From NCBI RefSeq assembly GCF_018350175.1, contig NC_058369.1, positions 5,892,001 to 5,952,000 on the forward strand: DNA of 60,000 nucleotides, read 5' to 3'. The notes beneath the pieces were generated by a model. That model worked only from the letters and a program-made list of their open reading frames with translations. It did not search any database and was not told where the DNA came from. The position numbers were made by a program, and so were the translations under genes. Shown piece by piece: positions 1 to 14,610 of this stretch. Source of the stretch: Felis catus (lineage: Eukaryota). How positions within the stretch are numbered: the first letter of the stretch is position 1; the number at the start of each line of letters is the position of its first letter.

Positions 1-34
1 AATCCTTGCTGAGATTCTCTGACTTCCTCTAGCC

Positions 35-253
35 CAGGATTTTTCCACTTGAGCACTCCTGACATTTGGGACTGGATCATTCTTGGACTCGGGGGGGGGG
101 GGGGCATCTTGTGCATTGTGGGACGTGGAGCAGCATTGCTCGCTCCCACCTGCTATGTCCCGTGGCATCTTCTGAGTCATGACAACTGAAACATGCCCCA
201 GACATTACTGGGTGTCCCCAGAATCCTCCCCCTCCTCCCTGTGAGAACCACTA
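35..253 (-). mobile_element. MER20-like hAT-Charlie DNA transposon fossil
   Basis: Resembles the MER20 reverse complement (gacatttgggactggatcattctt...gtgcattgtggga...catgacaactgaaacatgcccagacatt...gagaaccact). Confidence 0.75.
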
Positions 254-559
254 GTTGTTGTCCTCCCTCCCCTCCCATTCGTAGAGCTGTCAGTGGACTG
301 TCCTCTTCCTTCTGGAAGCTTCCTCTCCCCCTTGGCTCCCACGAACCACCTGCCTGAGGCCTTACTTTGCCTCTCCTGCAGCTCCTTCCCAACCATTCAC
401 TTAGTCTTTCGGGTTATTCCCATGCTGCTTCTCCCTAAGCCCGTCCTGGGGAGAGCAGACGCCCCTCCATAGCTTCACTTTATCCTCAGTCTGCTGCCTG
501 TGTGTCAGGGGAACTACTCTCCCGAGCTTCACACCCCTCGACCCCTCAACTTCAGGGTT

Positions 560-1260
560 TTCCAGACTGACCTGGACTCTGTCCCACCAGCTGCTTTCTT
601 GTTTCTCAGCATCTGCATCTTAACAGACGACACCAGGTTCACTCAGTGCACTCCAGTCAGAGATCTAAGCATGACCTTTGACACGTGTCCCTGGCATTCA
701 TCCTTCTGGGTGCTTCCGCCCCTTTTCCTCCCGCCCCCACCTGCTGCCTCAGATCTAGATGAGGCCACATCACTGTCTGCCTGCACTAGCGTTCTGGCCT
801 CTTAACCAGCCATCTGTGTTCCCTCCAGATGGTTCTCTTCACCGCGGCAAAGGAATCTCTGTAACACTCCACATGTGACCCTGTCACTCACCTGCTTTAA
901 AACTCTTAGTCCCCGGCCCTGCTTGCTTTAGGGCACCTTCTCTGCTCAGCCATGTCAGCATTAGATGCTGCTCCTGGTCTGGGTTCCCATAGCAACCAGG
1001 CAGCTGGCAGTGTGGGCTTCCACACTGTACTGAAGTTAGAACTTTTTGGTCCAGTAGGTCCGTATGGTTCTCAGAAGCAGAAACCCCATATGTCCGGTAG
1101 ATACGACCATAATCAGTGCTTGTTGAATGGATGAATGAATGAATGAATGAATGAATAGGTCTAGCGATTGGAAAAGAATGCAGATCAGCATGGACATTGA
1201 TTTGCTCCGCAAATATTTATTGAGTGCCAGCCATTGGCCAGGCACTGGTGACGGGAGGAA
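560..1260. mobile_element. L2 LINE fragments
   Basis: L2 3'-end signature (gcttgttgaatggatgaatgaatgaatgaat) and opposite-strand aaatatttattgagtgcc. Confidence 0.6.
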
Positions 1261-2542
1261 CAAGGAACGGGTGGTGGCTAGGTTATTGGGAATATTTGGG
1301 AACGTCTGACATGCTGGCTTCCAAGATGCAGCATGTTTCTGGCTGGCCAGGCCCCAGCCCCCATGTTGGGGACATGTATTCATTGCTGCCTGTTCCATCC
1401 ACAATCCCTAGCTGGCCCTACTGTGCAGCCCTGTCCCACTCTCTGCCTGGGGTCTGGTCCCTCTGCAGATGCCATATGGCCCAGGAGCCAGCCTCCACCC
1501 TCCTGGACTGTCTGTCCTGCTGGCCACTTGGTCCCCAGCCTCCAGCCCATTCGCTCAGCTTCTGGCTCATTGCCATGCACCTCTGGTCAGGATAAAGCCC
1601 ACACTCCTGCCTGTGGCTCCCAGGTCTCTGGGGCGCTGTCCTCCTCCTCCCTAGCCGCTGTGCTCTCCACTCACCCTCCTCTCGGCCCTGACTGAGCTGC
1701 TTGTCACTCCCCAGACAGACCCTTCTCTTACAGTCTCAAGATTTTGCAGATATTGTTCCCTCTGTAGGAAAGCCCTTCCACACCAAGCCAGCCTGACCGC
1801 TTTTTGTTTTCTTAATGTGAATCACCTTTGTTCCGTATATCAACAACAACAGTGTGAGGCAAAAAGGAAAAGTTTAAATTACCCCAAATCCCACCACTGT
1901 TAGCTTTGTGGTTTGTGTCCTTCCATACTTTTTTCTTTCCACATTTGTGGTCATAAGCAACTACGTGTTTTTAGAAAAATGGGCTTGCACCACTCAAGCT
2001 GTGCTGGAAACTTTTCTTGCTGTACCTGTGAATGCTTTTCTATCATTGAACATAAAGCAGTCTCGTCAGAAGAGCGGCACAGTGTTCTGTTGTATGGAGA
2101 TTCTGAGTTCACGGCAGCTTGTGACCACATTTCCGTATTTACAAACCCCACTGAGAAATATCCTGGTGCAAACCTTCATCACCGCTCGTTCGCATTGGGG
2201 GTCTTCTAGAAATGGACCATTAGATGGGAGGGTGTGGACCTTCCTGGACCCTGTCACCAGTTGACACTCGTGCCGTCGACTGGGCCAGGGGGGTTTCTCA
2301 TCTTGCCCAACCTAAGTCAAAAATGACATCTGATTGGGGTGGTCATTCACTCTAGTGACGTTCTAGTGGCTGTTTGTACTCTTCTTTTATAAAATACCCT
2401 TCTTGTCCTTTGCCCATTTTCTTTCTTGTGGGGGCATTCGCTGTTTCTTGCTCATTGTCTCATTAACTCGCCCAAGACCTACTCCTCCTGCTGTGAAGTC
2501 TTCCCTTGAACCCCTGCAGACATCTAAAAAGGGAGAGCTCTA

Positions 2543-2735
2543 GGGGCGCCTGGGTGGCTAGTCGGTTAAGCGTCTGACTCTTGATTTCAGCTGAGGTTGT
2601 GATCTCACCGGGTTCGTGGGATCGAGTTTTGCGTTGGACTCTGAGGACAGTGCGGAGCCTGCTTGGGATTCTCTCTCTTCCCCTTTTTCTCTGCACCCTC
2701 CCCCCCAAATAAATAAACTTAAAAAAAAAAAAAAA
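2543..2735 (+). mobile_element. Can-SINE
   Basis: ggggcgcctgggtggct head, CT-rich region, aataaa and poly(A) tail. Confidence 0.93.
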
Positions 2736-2769
2736 GGAAAGTAGTTTTAAAAAAATTAAAGTAAAATTT

Positions 2770-2971
2770 TCTTTTAACGTTTATTTATTTTTGAGAGACA
2801 GAGCACTAGCGGGGAAGAGGCTGAGGGAGAGGGAAACACAGACTTCAGAGCAGGCTCCAGGCTCCGAGCCGTCAGCACAGAGCCCGACGTGGGGCTCAAA
2901 CTCACAAACTGTGAAATCATGACCTGAGCCAAAGTCAGATGCTTAACCGACGGGGCCACCCAGGCACGCCT
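2770..2971 (-). mobile_element. Can-SINE (feline type)
   Basis: Reverse-complement SINE: tttatttatttttgagaga...caggctccaggctccgagc...cacccaggc. Confidence 0.93.
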
Positions 2972-3184
2972 CAAATTTTTTTTTAAATAAAGGAAGAACT
3001 GGGCTCTACGGGCCCTCTCACGTTGCAAGGGATTGCCTGTCCTCAGGGTGTTCCCCTCCCTCAGCTGTCCACCCCAGGTGGATTTGAGAAACACTGAGGG
3101 ATGAAAACATTATATCTGGCTGCTCTGGATGGCAAATGTAACACGAGATGCCAGGGCATTGTCTCTAGGTTTTAACCTCGTCTA

Positions 3185-3378
3185 GGGGTGCCTGGGTGGC
3201 TCTGTTGGTTAACCGTCTGACTCTTGATCTCAGCTTGGGTCGTGATCTCGCGGTTCATGGGTTCGAGTTCTACATCAGGCTCTGCACTGGCTGCTTGGGA
3301 TTCTCTGTCCCTTTCTCTCTGCCCCTGCCCTGCTCGCTCGCTCGCTCGCTCGCTCGCTCTCTCAAAATAAATAAATAA
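3185..3378 (+). mobile_element. Can-SINE with an internal (GCTC)n microsatellite
   Basis: ggggtgcctgggtggctc head; gctcgctcgctc... at 3332-3358; aaataaataaat tail. Confidence 0.92.
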
Positions 3379-4265
3379 CCTTGTCTAGGGAGAGTGGTGT
3401 TTGGAAATGGAAGAGCATTGGCTCAGAGGCCACCCGGCAGGGCATGAGTAGTGCTCGCAAGGAGGCAGCCTCCATATTCTCCAGGCAGCGGCTCTTGGCC
3501 TGCTGGCCACCAGGAGAGACCCTAGTGTCAGGCCCTGCCCAGGCCTGCTCAGTCAGCCAGTCTGGGCTGTTTGAACATCTGTGATGTAAGCTTTCTGGAG
3601 GACGGCAGTTCTGGTTCAGGACCAAGTGAAAGAAGCCGACCTCTTCCCGCAGTGCGGGGATGGCGTGAGCTGGGGGGAGCACTGGCTTCTGGGATATCCC
3701 TTGGCCTCAAACCCAGAGTTTATTCATGCTTCATCCTTGGCCGTTCTCTTTCACATCTGCTGCCCCCTCCCCCTCCCTTAGATCTTCACCCTGGGGGTCT
3801 GCTTGACCTCCCCTGCCAGCACCGACCCCAGGCAGGCCCTACCTGCCCTCTGTAAGTCCCAGCAGCCTGTGCAGGATCCGTGCCCTGCCTGAGCGCTGCC
3901 CCTGTTCCACCACCAGGCCTCAGACCTTCCTCTGTCAGGGCTTGTCTTCCATTGCCCTAAATGAGGGATCAGCACCTGATGGGTCTTCGTGGCCTTGATT
4001 CTAGCAGGCTCACCGTGTCTAAGGGACAGGAGAATCATCTGTAAGGAGATTGGAAGTACACCTGCCTGACCTCTTGGGTCCTTGAGCTTGAGGCAGGCCC
4101 TCGGGAACTGTGTCATTACCCTGCACGGCTTATAGACCCTGTTAGAGAAACAGGAACTTGGGGACCTGCTTTGGGAAGTCAGGGCCTCCCCCAGGTGCCC
4201 ACTCTGAGTATAGACCATTGAGGGTCTGCAGAACTGGGGAGCCCCACTCTTCCTCATTCACTTCC

Positions 4266-4452
4266 AGCAGCAGCTCTCAACCTGGGCTCCACATTGGGAT
4301 CGCTGGGGGGCTTTAAAAACTGCTGAAGCCACCCCCACTCTTACTACACCCCACCCCCATGCTGATACTGGTTCAGGTTCTGGCCTGGGCAGTGATAGTT
4401 TTTAGAAACTGCTCTGGTGATTCTGGCAAGCAGCCGAAGTCGAGAGCAGTTG
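4266..4452. mobile_element. MER5-like DNA transposon fossil
   Basis: cagcagctctcaacctgggctccacattgggatc...ctggtgattctggcaagcagccgaagtcgagagcagttg. Confidence 0.6.
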
Positions 4453-6609
4453 GTTTATGGTGAGCGGCCAGGTGGAGGCAGGGACTCGGCACTGTGTTAG
4501 GCACTTTCGCCAGTGGCCTCATCCGGTGGGTGCAATCCAGGGCTCCTCTTCACTCCTCACCTGCCTTCCCTCCCACAGCATGCAGGTGCCCGCTGTAGAG
4601 GGTTGGATAGACTCTCAGGGGACAGGGCCAGCCCAGAACAGGGTGTACAGAGATCCCTCCCCATGAAGCTCCCTCCTACAGCAGCCCATCTGTGGGCCTC
4701 TCGGTGGCTCTGCCTTCTGCTGCCCGCCCCCTGGCACCTCCCTACCCAGCCTCGCTCCCGGGCTCTGCCTGGCAGCCTGTCCCCCCCACCCCCACCCCCA
4801 CCCCCACCCAGCAGCCACCTCTGGGCCATTCCCCAGCTCGTCTTGTTCAACTGTGCTGGCTGCCTTTCGTTTCCTGGAACACACCAAAGTCTCCTCTGCC
4901 TCACGGGCTTGGCACCTGCTCTTCTGTCTGGGCTGCTTGCCGCCAGCCATCCCAGGGTCATGCCGCAAGTGTTGACTCCTCACTGGGTGCTTCTGACCAC
5001 CCTGTCCACCATGGGCCTCACACCCATGAGTCCCTCACACCACCGCAGAAATTTTCCTTATAGCCCCCCGGGCGGCAGTTTTGTTGGTTAGTTTCTTGCT
5101 GCTTTGCCGTCGGCTGGCCCATCAACCGTTAAGGCACAAACTGTCTTCCGCTGTGATCATCAAACCCCCTGGCCAGCCTGGCCTGGGGCCTGGCACACAG
5201 TAGGTGCTCACTTAATACTTGTCAACTCTTGTCAACTCATTGACGAGAACCGGAGGGGAAGCAGGCCTAGGAAAGGAGGCAGTGGCCGCTTGAGGGTGTG
5301 TGACTTCCTGGGTGACGTTGGCAGTTGTCCTGGGAGGCTCCCCAGGAAGAGTGTGGCTGGCACAAGAGCCAAGGGCAGAAACCTGGGGGTCATCTCAGTG
5401 GGATGGGTAGAAGACTAAGCTTGGGAAGGGACAGCTGGGGAGAAGGAAAACCCAGAGAAAGAAAACCTGGCGTTGCTGTTCCATTCTGGGGGAGGTGACC
5501 CCTCAAGTGAGTCGGCCGTGCCCAGTGCTGCTGAGAGCTCGGGGAGCTGCGTCCTGACCGTCTCTGGGGGTGGCACCTGATGGTCGGACTGCCTCGGTAG
5601 ACTGGCAGTCTGCAGTGACCACCCTGGGGCCGGGCCACCAAGTGCCTGGGAGGCGAGGAATCAGGACCCGAGAGTCGGGCAGGACCCATGTTTATATGCC
5701 AAGAGCAGCCAGCTGTGGCTGAGACACAGGAGTGTGGCCCAGGTACGAGTCCTCATCAGTGTCTGGTCTCCCCTAGCAGGACTTGGGCCACCTGTGGCAC
5801 TGGCAGTGGAGGAGATAGGTGGTCTAGGGTTGGGCTTGGCCTTGTGGGAAGAGCAGAAAGACGAGAAGACACAAGTGTGGGTCGTGCCGACCGAAGAGGC
5901 AGAGAGTCCATCCGGCGGTCAGGCCAATGGGCTCCATGGCCTGGGCGTGGTGACAGATGGGCAGAGCAGGGGTTGGAGAGCAGGTGTTTGGGAGTAAAAA
6001 TCCCAGCAAGCCTGGAGTTCAGTCAGGAGTCTGTACCATAGACATTCTGCATTCTCAGCTTTAACGTTTGCAGTTTGGACCTTTTGCGAGGGCCCTAAAG
6101 TTCCCAGCCTGGAGCCAGTTGTGGTTTTCTGTACTGTTTTCTGAACTTCTGATTCCGACTTTCTTGCTAGTTGGGCGCCAGCCCCACAGCCCCGCTGCTC
6201 CGGGGTCCTCGCTGTCTGGGGTTTAGGAGCTAATAAGTTTCTGAGACCCATGGGGTTTTGTTAGAAATATGGTTGTGGAAGGGCAGGTTTGGGTTTGTTT
6301 CTTTCAAAAGGAAAGTGGCCCGTGCAGCACTGCAGGTGGCTTGTGTAGTTGCTGTGCCCTGAAGGAGGGAGTACACCTCCGCGAGGTACTCCTGGGGCAT
6401 GGGCCACGCACGGACTTCCTTCCAAAGCCTACGGTTTTGGGGGAGGGGGGGACTTTTCAGTGGAGGAACCGCCGGCCTCGGGGGATCCTGGCCAGCGCCA
6501 ACACCAACAAAGCGATAGGTCATGGTGACAGCACGCAGCCCCCAGTACGATGTCAGGAGGAGGGTCCCTCGCTCTGGGGTCTTCCTCCCAAAACCCGTCA
6601 CCCACTGCA

Positions 6610-7015
6610 GTCTCGCCATGAGAAAAACATCTGACGAACCCAAGCTGCAGGAGAGTCTACAGAATTCCTGACCAGTCCTCCTCGAAACTCTCAAGATCAT
6701 CAAAAACGAGAAAAGTCTGAGAGCTGTCCCAGCCAAAAGCAACCTAAGGAGACGTGACAGACTACATGTCACGTGAGATCCTGTGTGGCCTTCTGGGACG
6801 TAAGAGGACTTTGGGGGGAAACTGAGGCAATCTAAATCAAGTGTGGACTGTGGTTAATTGTAATGTATCAGCATTGGTTCCTCGGTTGTGACAGATGTTC
6901 CATCCGGATATAAGATGTTACCACCGGGGAAAACGGGGTATGGGGTCTGTGGGAACTCTTTCTATTATCTTTGTAATTTATCTTTAGATGCAAAAAAATA
7001 AAAGTGTTTAGGGTT
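6610..7015 (+). mobile_element. Old L1M (L1MC-like) 3' fragment
   Basis: aaagtctgagagctgtcccagcc...aatgtatcagcattggttcctcggttgtgacagatg...gggaactctttctattatctttgtaattt...aaaataaaagt. Confidence 0.65.
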
Positions 7016-8106
7016 TTTTTTTAAGAAGTGGCAAAACTGGGTTAGGCTCTGTGCTGGGTTCCACATCTCATTATCCACCTGAGGGTCTGGGTTCAGCCGG
7101 CACCCAGAGACCCCCGCCTCATGCGGCTCAAGGCCTGGCATGTTTTCTACCTGCTTGTTATCGCCCTCCACCAAGCAGAGGAATGGAGCGAAGCTCACCA
7201 CTCTATCTTTGTGCCCAGAGCCGTGCCTAGCATTCGGTGGCTGCGCGCCAGCACGGCGTGTGGGTGTGTAAGCAGTGGGCATGTCGGTTCTCCTCTCTGG
7301 GCCGCCTCCTGCCTGTCCCCTGTAGCGAAAGGACAGGCCTCCTTCCACTGGGCCCCTCGGCCTTGGCTGCTCTCTGGGCTCCTGGGAACCCACAGCCCCT
7401 CCCCTGCTGGGCTGCATCCCTCCCGTAGCATGCCGTTGGCGGTCACTCCTGCCACTTCAGTGTTTCCCAAAGAAGAGGTGGGGACACCCACGCGTAACCT
7501 TGGCTTCCTTTGGGAAGAGCTCAGGTGTTGTTATCCCTTGGACTTGGGCTGATGGTGCTGTCACATGACAGCCGCTGGCAGGGGAAGCCTGGAGGCCTGG
7601 CCGGGGCCGTGAAGGCAGGTGCACGGCCGGCCGGGGACTTCCCTCAGCTCCAGCTTCCCTTTGTGCTCCACGTCATCTGCTTTTTAGCTGGGTTGTAGGT
7701 GTTCGGGCAAGTGAGGGAACCAGCACTGGGTGGCACTAGAGCCCAGCAAGCCTTCCCGCTGTTGGGGTGCAAGCAGGGGAGAAACCCCTGGACGCAGACG
7801 GGTGGCTGTCATGCAGCTCTCCCCACCTGCCCATCTCGCCCACTCGTGACCGTCCTCTCTCCTCACCCTTGGAGTCCCCACATCTCAGCCGGGACTGGGG
7901 GCACCGATCATCATCATTGCTTTTGTGATGGGTTCCACGGGATGCCGTTAGTAGCACAGTGTTTCTTTTTAAACGGCCCTTTTAAAGAAAAAAAAAATTA
8001 ATAAAAGTAATACTTGTCCGTTGTAGAAAATTTACATGTCGGCCAAAGAAGCGTGATGGTGACCGTGGGTCTTCTAACCCCACTTCCAGGAGGCCATGGC
8101 TTTTAA

Positions 8107-8418
<312 letters not shown>

Positions 8419-10809
8419 TGACCATCACTATCAAAGGGACCATTGGCTTGGCCATTTCTCGGAGCCCTGGTGCATTTGGGGTATCTGGGGTGCCTCCTGT
8501 CTGCTTAGAGTTGAAGCATTGCATGTCAGACCACCCCAGGCCATGCTGGTGCCTCTCAGCCTCCTCAGCCCCGTGAGCAAAGGGAGAGTCACCGTGAAGG
8601 GCACTTAATCGAGGGCAGTCCTCTCCCCGGCCCAGGGTGTGCTGTCCTTGTGCCGAGCGAGCATGTGTCTGGCCTTGCCCTCCTGTTCCCTCCTGGTTTG
8701 TTGCCGCAGCGACAGCAGCAGCATTGTCCCTCACGCCCTCCCTGCCAAGGTCTCTCCCTTCCTCCCCAGTCACAGCCAGGTCATCAAACATGCATTTGCT
8801 AATGTTTCTTGAGTACCTGCTATGTGTCAGACAGTGAACAGATGAATTCCTGCTCTCATGGAGGGGCGTGTGTGTGTGTACACGCATGTGTGTGAGCACG
8901 TTCCAATAATAAACCGAAAGTCCCGTGTGGCAGAGGTAAGTGTTGCGGAGGTACATGGCGGGGGATGTTCTGGGGGGTGGCTTCGTGTTGACCGGTGACT
9001 TGAGGGATGCAAGGGAGCCACCAGAGTCACTCCCAGTTGAAGGGCTGTGGTGGCTTCCTGGGACGAGCGGGCAGGTCCCCCAGGCCTCGCAGGACAGATT
9101 CCCCCGCCCTCATGTTCTCAGCTGCTGCCACTTACCCCTCCCTTCTGCTCTTGGTCCAGAGCCCCGCCTCCTCCCCACCCCCAAGTGTCTGTCCTCTGGC
9201 TCATGTGATCTTGTGCAGCTCCAGACCCAACCTGGACGACTTTGGTGTTTTCCCGACCTTTACTCCCTACTGCACCCTCCTCGAATAGGCCTCCTCCCAC
9301 TGCCCCAGGCTGGTGCCCTGACCTTGCTTCTTGCAGCAGCCTGGGGTACCATGCCCACCCACTTCACCTGTAGATCTGGCAGGTCAGCTGTTGTTCCTGA
9401 GACGCATGCCTGCTGGCGTCCTCTCCCTCGACAGGAAGCCACGTGGAGTGAGATTGCCCTCTGAGCCTTTGGACCTGCCGGGTCCTCCCACCCCATCTCC
9501 CATCCCTCCGCTTCATGTGGGTGTCCAGAAAGGTCCCTCTTGGGCCTTATATCAGGGCTGGGCTTCCTAAGCTTCCCTGGACATCAGAGCCACCTGGGAT
9601 ACTTTTGCCATAAAGGTTCCCAGGGTTGCAGCTTGGGCCTCCCCAGTCACACTGTGGGGTGGCCCTGGGAACCCAGATTTCTTCCTGCCTGCCAGGGAAG
9701 TCTTGCAGTCTGGCTGCTCGCAGCACATGTTCATTTGGAGGGCGGTGTTCCATTTCTGCTGTTGAAGTGTTTGTGATATGGATTGCTCAGTGGTTTAATC
9801 GTCCCTGCACCCCCCCTGTGGACTAGACCTGCGTGCACACAGGCCCTGTCGCGTGGTCCCCGAGGGCAGGAGCGCTGCCCACACATCTCTGTGGCCAGCA
9901 CGGGCTCCCAGAGGCTCCTTCCACTGTGGAGCCTGGTGAAGGAAGCCACGTGTCACAGCCTTTCCACGTGTCTAGTGACTTTTGTTCCTCTCCACCAGCT
10001 CCGCGTTGTTTATTCTCAGCCCAAAGCTCCCAGTCTGTTAGGAAAGATCTGTTGTATTTAGAAAATGTTTGCTAATGCCAGGAGGGCAGTTATTCTTATT
10101 CAAATGCTGAAAACTCTTCATTACACAAGTGTGTTCTGGGGGCCAAGCCCTCTGCCTGGCGCTGGGTTCCATGGCCGATGGGTGCCCTCAGCTAGCTCAC
10201 GTGTTAACACAGATGTTAATTCCCAGACCACCATCTGACTGGACCTCACATGGGCTCCACCCAACTTGTAAGGCACTGAGAGTTTCCCTGAAAGTCAGAG
10301 TTGAGACATAGGAGAGCAGGAGGAGGTAGGGGTAAGGAGGGCCGGGGTGGGGACGCGAGGGTGTTCTGGGCAGAGGTGTCTACAGGGGCCAACGTGTGCC
10401 TCTTACGGACACAGGTGTGCTGCAGGAGACATACTGGCTAGCACGTTACGGGAACTGCAGGCTATCCCCAAGGTTGATGCCCCATTTCTCACCCACAAAG
10501 GCAGGACCTTTCCAAAGGCTCGCCTGCCCCCCAGGCTCTGCGATCATGGCACCCCGCGGCCCGCCTGGATGTGCCCTTGACCTCACTGGCATTCACTCTG
10601 TCCTCTGTGGTTGTAACGTCATTCCTTGATCTGAGTAGGGTGTAAGGAGTTTCCCGATCCCTGTGCCCTGTGACGGCAGTCCAGACAACCCCAGTGGGTG
10701 TGTGTGTGGAGGTGACAGGCTGAGTGTGGCACAGCACTGATCTTGTGTGATTCACGTGACCGGTACCTGTCAAGGGCCTGTAATGGGCCAGGTCCTTCCA
10801 TACCTTGTC

Positions 10810-10955
10810 TCTGTTTTCCTCACCCCAGCCTGGGAGAGATGATCCCCAATTTAGGGTTGAAGAAGCTGATGTGTAGACTTGTGACAGGTCTCCCAAGGTC
10901 ACACAGGTAGAGCGGGGCAAAGTCAGGGTTTGAAACGAGTGCTGTGGCTCTGGGC
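10810..10955 (-). mobile_element. MIR
   Basis: ccccaatttagggttgaagaagctga...cccaaggtcacacaggtagagcggggcaaagtcagggtttgaa. Confidence 0.65.
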
Positions 10956-11364
10956 ACTTACCACCCCTGCCTAGCAGCTTCCCCAGCCCAACGTGGGAGG
11001 TGAACACCAGGAACCAGAACAGTGTAGCTTGGATTAGCCGCAAACAGAGCCCAGGAGCCTGCGGTGCAGTTAGGCGGGCGTTATTAATAATAACAGCAAT
11101 TGCTTTTATTCCCTCGCTCGGCATTTAGTCGCTGAATGCCTGCTGTCCACCTGCATCTGTTCTAGGTGCTGGTGATACAGCAGCAAAGACAAAAGTTGTG
11201 CCCTCATCGAGTGTTCTACACAGCTAAATAAGTGAAACATATAGGATGTCAGACCAAGATAAATGCCATGGGGAACATTTACATGGAGGCGGCAGTGGTG
11301 GAGGGGGCTGGGCACTGCTTGTGGGTGGGGGGCTCCGGGGCAAATCAGGTGGTCAGGCAAGTGG

Positions 11365-11815
11365 GTTTGTTTCTTAGGACCGCCATAACAAAGCACTACA
11401 AATGGTCTTGGGGGGTGGGGGTGTTAACAGGGATTTGTCCTCACAGCTCTGGAGGCCATACGTCCGAGACCAAGGTGTGTGGCCAGGTTAGTTCCTTCTG
11501 CGGCCATGAGGGAGAGTCTGTCTCGGGCTCTCCCCTGGCCTGGGGGTCGCTGGCCACTCTGGCGGTCCTAGGCTCATGGAAGTGTCACCTGGGCCGCTGC
11601 CTGCATCTTCACTCGGCGTTCTCCCTGTGCGCACCTTTGTCCAAATTCCCCCTTTTTCTGAGGGCACAGTTACTGGATCTGAGGCCCACCCTGCTCCGGT
11701 GTGACCTCATGTTCATGAGTTCCATCTGTGACCACTCTTTCCCAATAGGGCCTCGTTCTGCTGTACGGGGTGGGATTAGGACTGCGACATATGAATTTGT
11801 TGGGGGACAGCCCTT
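11365..11815. mobile_element. MLT1 (MaLR) solo LTR inserted in an L2 fragment
   Basis: cttaggaccgccataacaaagcactacaaa...cctcacagctctggaggc...gattaggactgcgacatatgaatttg. Confidence 0.75.
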
Positions 11816-13221
11816 TGTAGGAAGGTTTCGTGAGCACGTGCCAGGAGAAGATCTGCCTGGGGCAGAGGAGCAGGTGATGCCGAGACCCCGTGTCATGGAG
11901 CCTCTGGGGCGCCAGGTGCTCCAGTGCAGTCTTCTTGGAGGCTGACCTGACTCTGAACTTGATAGTGGCTGGAGAGGGAGGGAAGGCTGCGGTGGTGGTC
12001 ACGGGCCTCGAAGAACCTGTTGTCAGAAGCACGTTCGGCTGTAGAAGGCGTTTTTCTCTCTGGGGCTTCATCTAGGGATGATCATGGTCAGTACCAGCCT
12101 CTGCACTGCTTCTCCAGTGCCAGGGTCTTGGTTTGAGGATGCTCTTTCCCACAGTGTCCTTCAGTAAAGGCCAAGGGCAGACCCCAGATGTAGCCCCATC
12201 CAGACAGATCTGCAGAGGGCCAGACAGGATCGTCGTGGGAGGCCTGGCCTCCCCCTTTGGCCACTGACTGGGGCCTTTGGTGAAATGGGACAGCCAAAAA
12301 TTGCAGCCACGTCCTCTGGCAAGATTTTGAATGGGGGTGTTCTGTGGGCTGGTGATGCAGATCTGGAGAGTTGAGGCCCAGATGTGAGAGTTGACACCCT
12401 TCTTTGGAAGTTGAGGAGCGTGACCAAGCCCCAACTGGACTGGTCAGCCACCTGCCGCTTTGGAGGGTGCTGGGGAGAGCCCGCAGGCCAAGGTGGCCTC
12501 TTTATCTCAGGGGACATTGCCATATTTGCCCCACTTGCTTGGAGGCCGCCTGCCCCCAACAGGACCTGGTGCTCTGGGGCATCTTCCCGATCAGATCAGG
12601 GCCACTTTTGTTCTACTCTCTGACGTTCAATCTCCATGATCCTCGGCACCTCTCTGGGGGAAGCTGGGCTCTGACCACACCACATAATTTCTCATTCGTT
12701 CTCTGTCTCCTGCTGGACCACATTCTGCTCTGCTGGCAAAGGTTGTGTCTGTTGTCGCCTCTTAGGGAATGTCATAGATTTGGACTCAGAAGCACGTGAA
12801 GGCCGGGGCCGGGGGCGGGGGGGGGGGGGGGGCAGTGTGTTCCTGCCCACGTGTTTGGTACTGAGGGGCCACACTTCTGCCCCTTCCGGCAGGCCTGAGC
12901 GTTGCAGTGAGAACACACCTGTTGTCTGTGACCTTGTGCTGCCTGGTGACGCCTGAGAGGTCGTGTCAGTTCCTGGGTTATGGTCTCAGGCTCTTGGTCT
13001 CCTGAGCTTGTGACTCTCAGAGAGAGCATTATTGTGCATAGGTTCCAGTCCCCAACCCTTCCAGAGGATGACTCCCTGCCTCCTCCCTTCTTATTTCCCA
13101 GCCTCCTGACTCAGATCTGACTCCAATGGGTGTCATTGAGCCCTGTCCCTTCAGGCCACACAGGGGCCTTGTCCCAGCTGCTCCTTCCCAGCAAGGGTGT
13201 GGCCTTTGTCCCATCTCCCCC

Positions 13222-13414
13222 TTTTTTTTTTTGTTTTTTCAGAGAGAGAGGGCCCAAGTGCCCCTGTGCGAGTGGGGGGAGGGGCAGAGGGAGGGAGAAT
13301 CTTAAGCAGGCTCCAGGCCCAGCTCAGAGCCGAGAGAGCTCGATCTCATTCATGCCTGTGAGATCATGATCTGAGCTGAAATCAACTTAACCAACTGAGC
13401 CACCCAGGCGCCCC
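13222..13414 (-). mobile_element. Can-SINE
   Basis: poly(T)...gagatcatgatctgagctgaaatcaa...gagccacccaggcgcccc; short flanking repeat tcccatc. Confidence 0.9.
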
Positions 13415-14055
13415 TCCCATCCCTGCTGGCCTGCACGGTCCATGGCCATCCACAGCCATCACGCTGACCTGGGAAGGCACCAAGGCCTATCTTGCCATCA
13501 GCCCCTGAAGCCTCCTGCGTCTAGTGCACACACCTACCATCTTATCTGAGCGGCTGCAGAAGTTCCTTGCAGGGTTTATTCGGTTTTGCAGAACAAAACC
13601 CCAAAAAGTATGGAGTCATTTAACGTCAAACACTGAGTGTTAGACTGCGGGCTCCCCAGCACCCCAGGGTCCCCCATGGGCTCCATTGGTAGGTTTGCCT
13701 GTTGGCAGGTGGTGTCGCCGCGCCCCCCCCCCCCCCAGCAGCACCCAGCTCCCTTGCCTGCTGCCCTTTGGGCTCTTCACTGTCCAGAGAAGGGAGAGGC
13801 CACAGTAGGAGAGACGGCTGTGGTTGAGTCCTGGCCCTGTCTGCAGCCACCCGTGGGCCCTCAGTCTCTCAGCTTTGAAACTAAGACTATGTCTGCCTCA
13901 TTGTGGGGCGTGAAGTCCAGGTGAGAAAATGCTACGGGGTGTCCATCTGGCTCGTGGCTTGGCCCGCGTGAACTCTCACGCATGCTGCTGCAGATGGTGA
14001 GTGTTGGAATGATTTCTCACCAGAAGGGTGGCTTTTTCTCGCCCCCCAAATCTAA

Positions 14056-14610
<555 letters not shown>

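Noticed and set aside
11232..11945. 237-aa ORF on the + strand
   Set aside because: Lies over an MLT1 LTR and L2 remnants, has a non-ATG start and no recognisable domain
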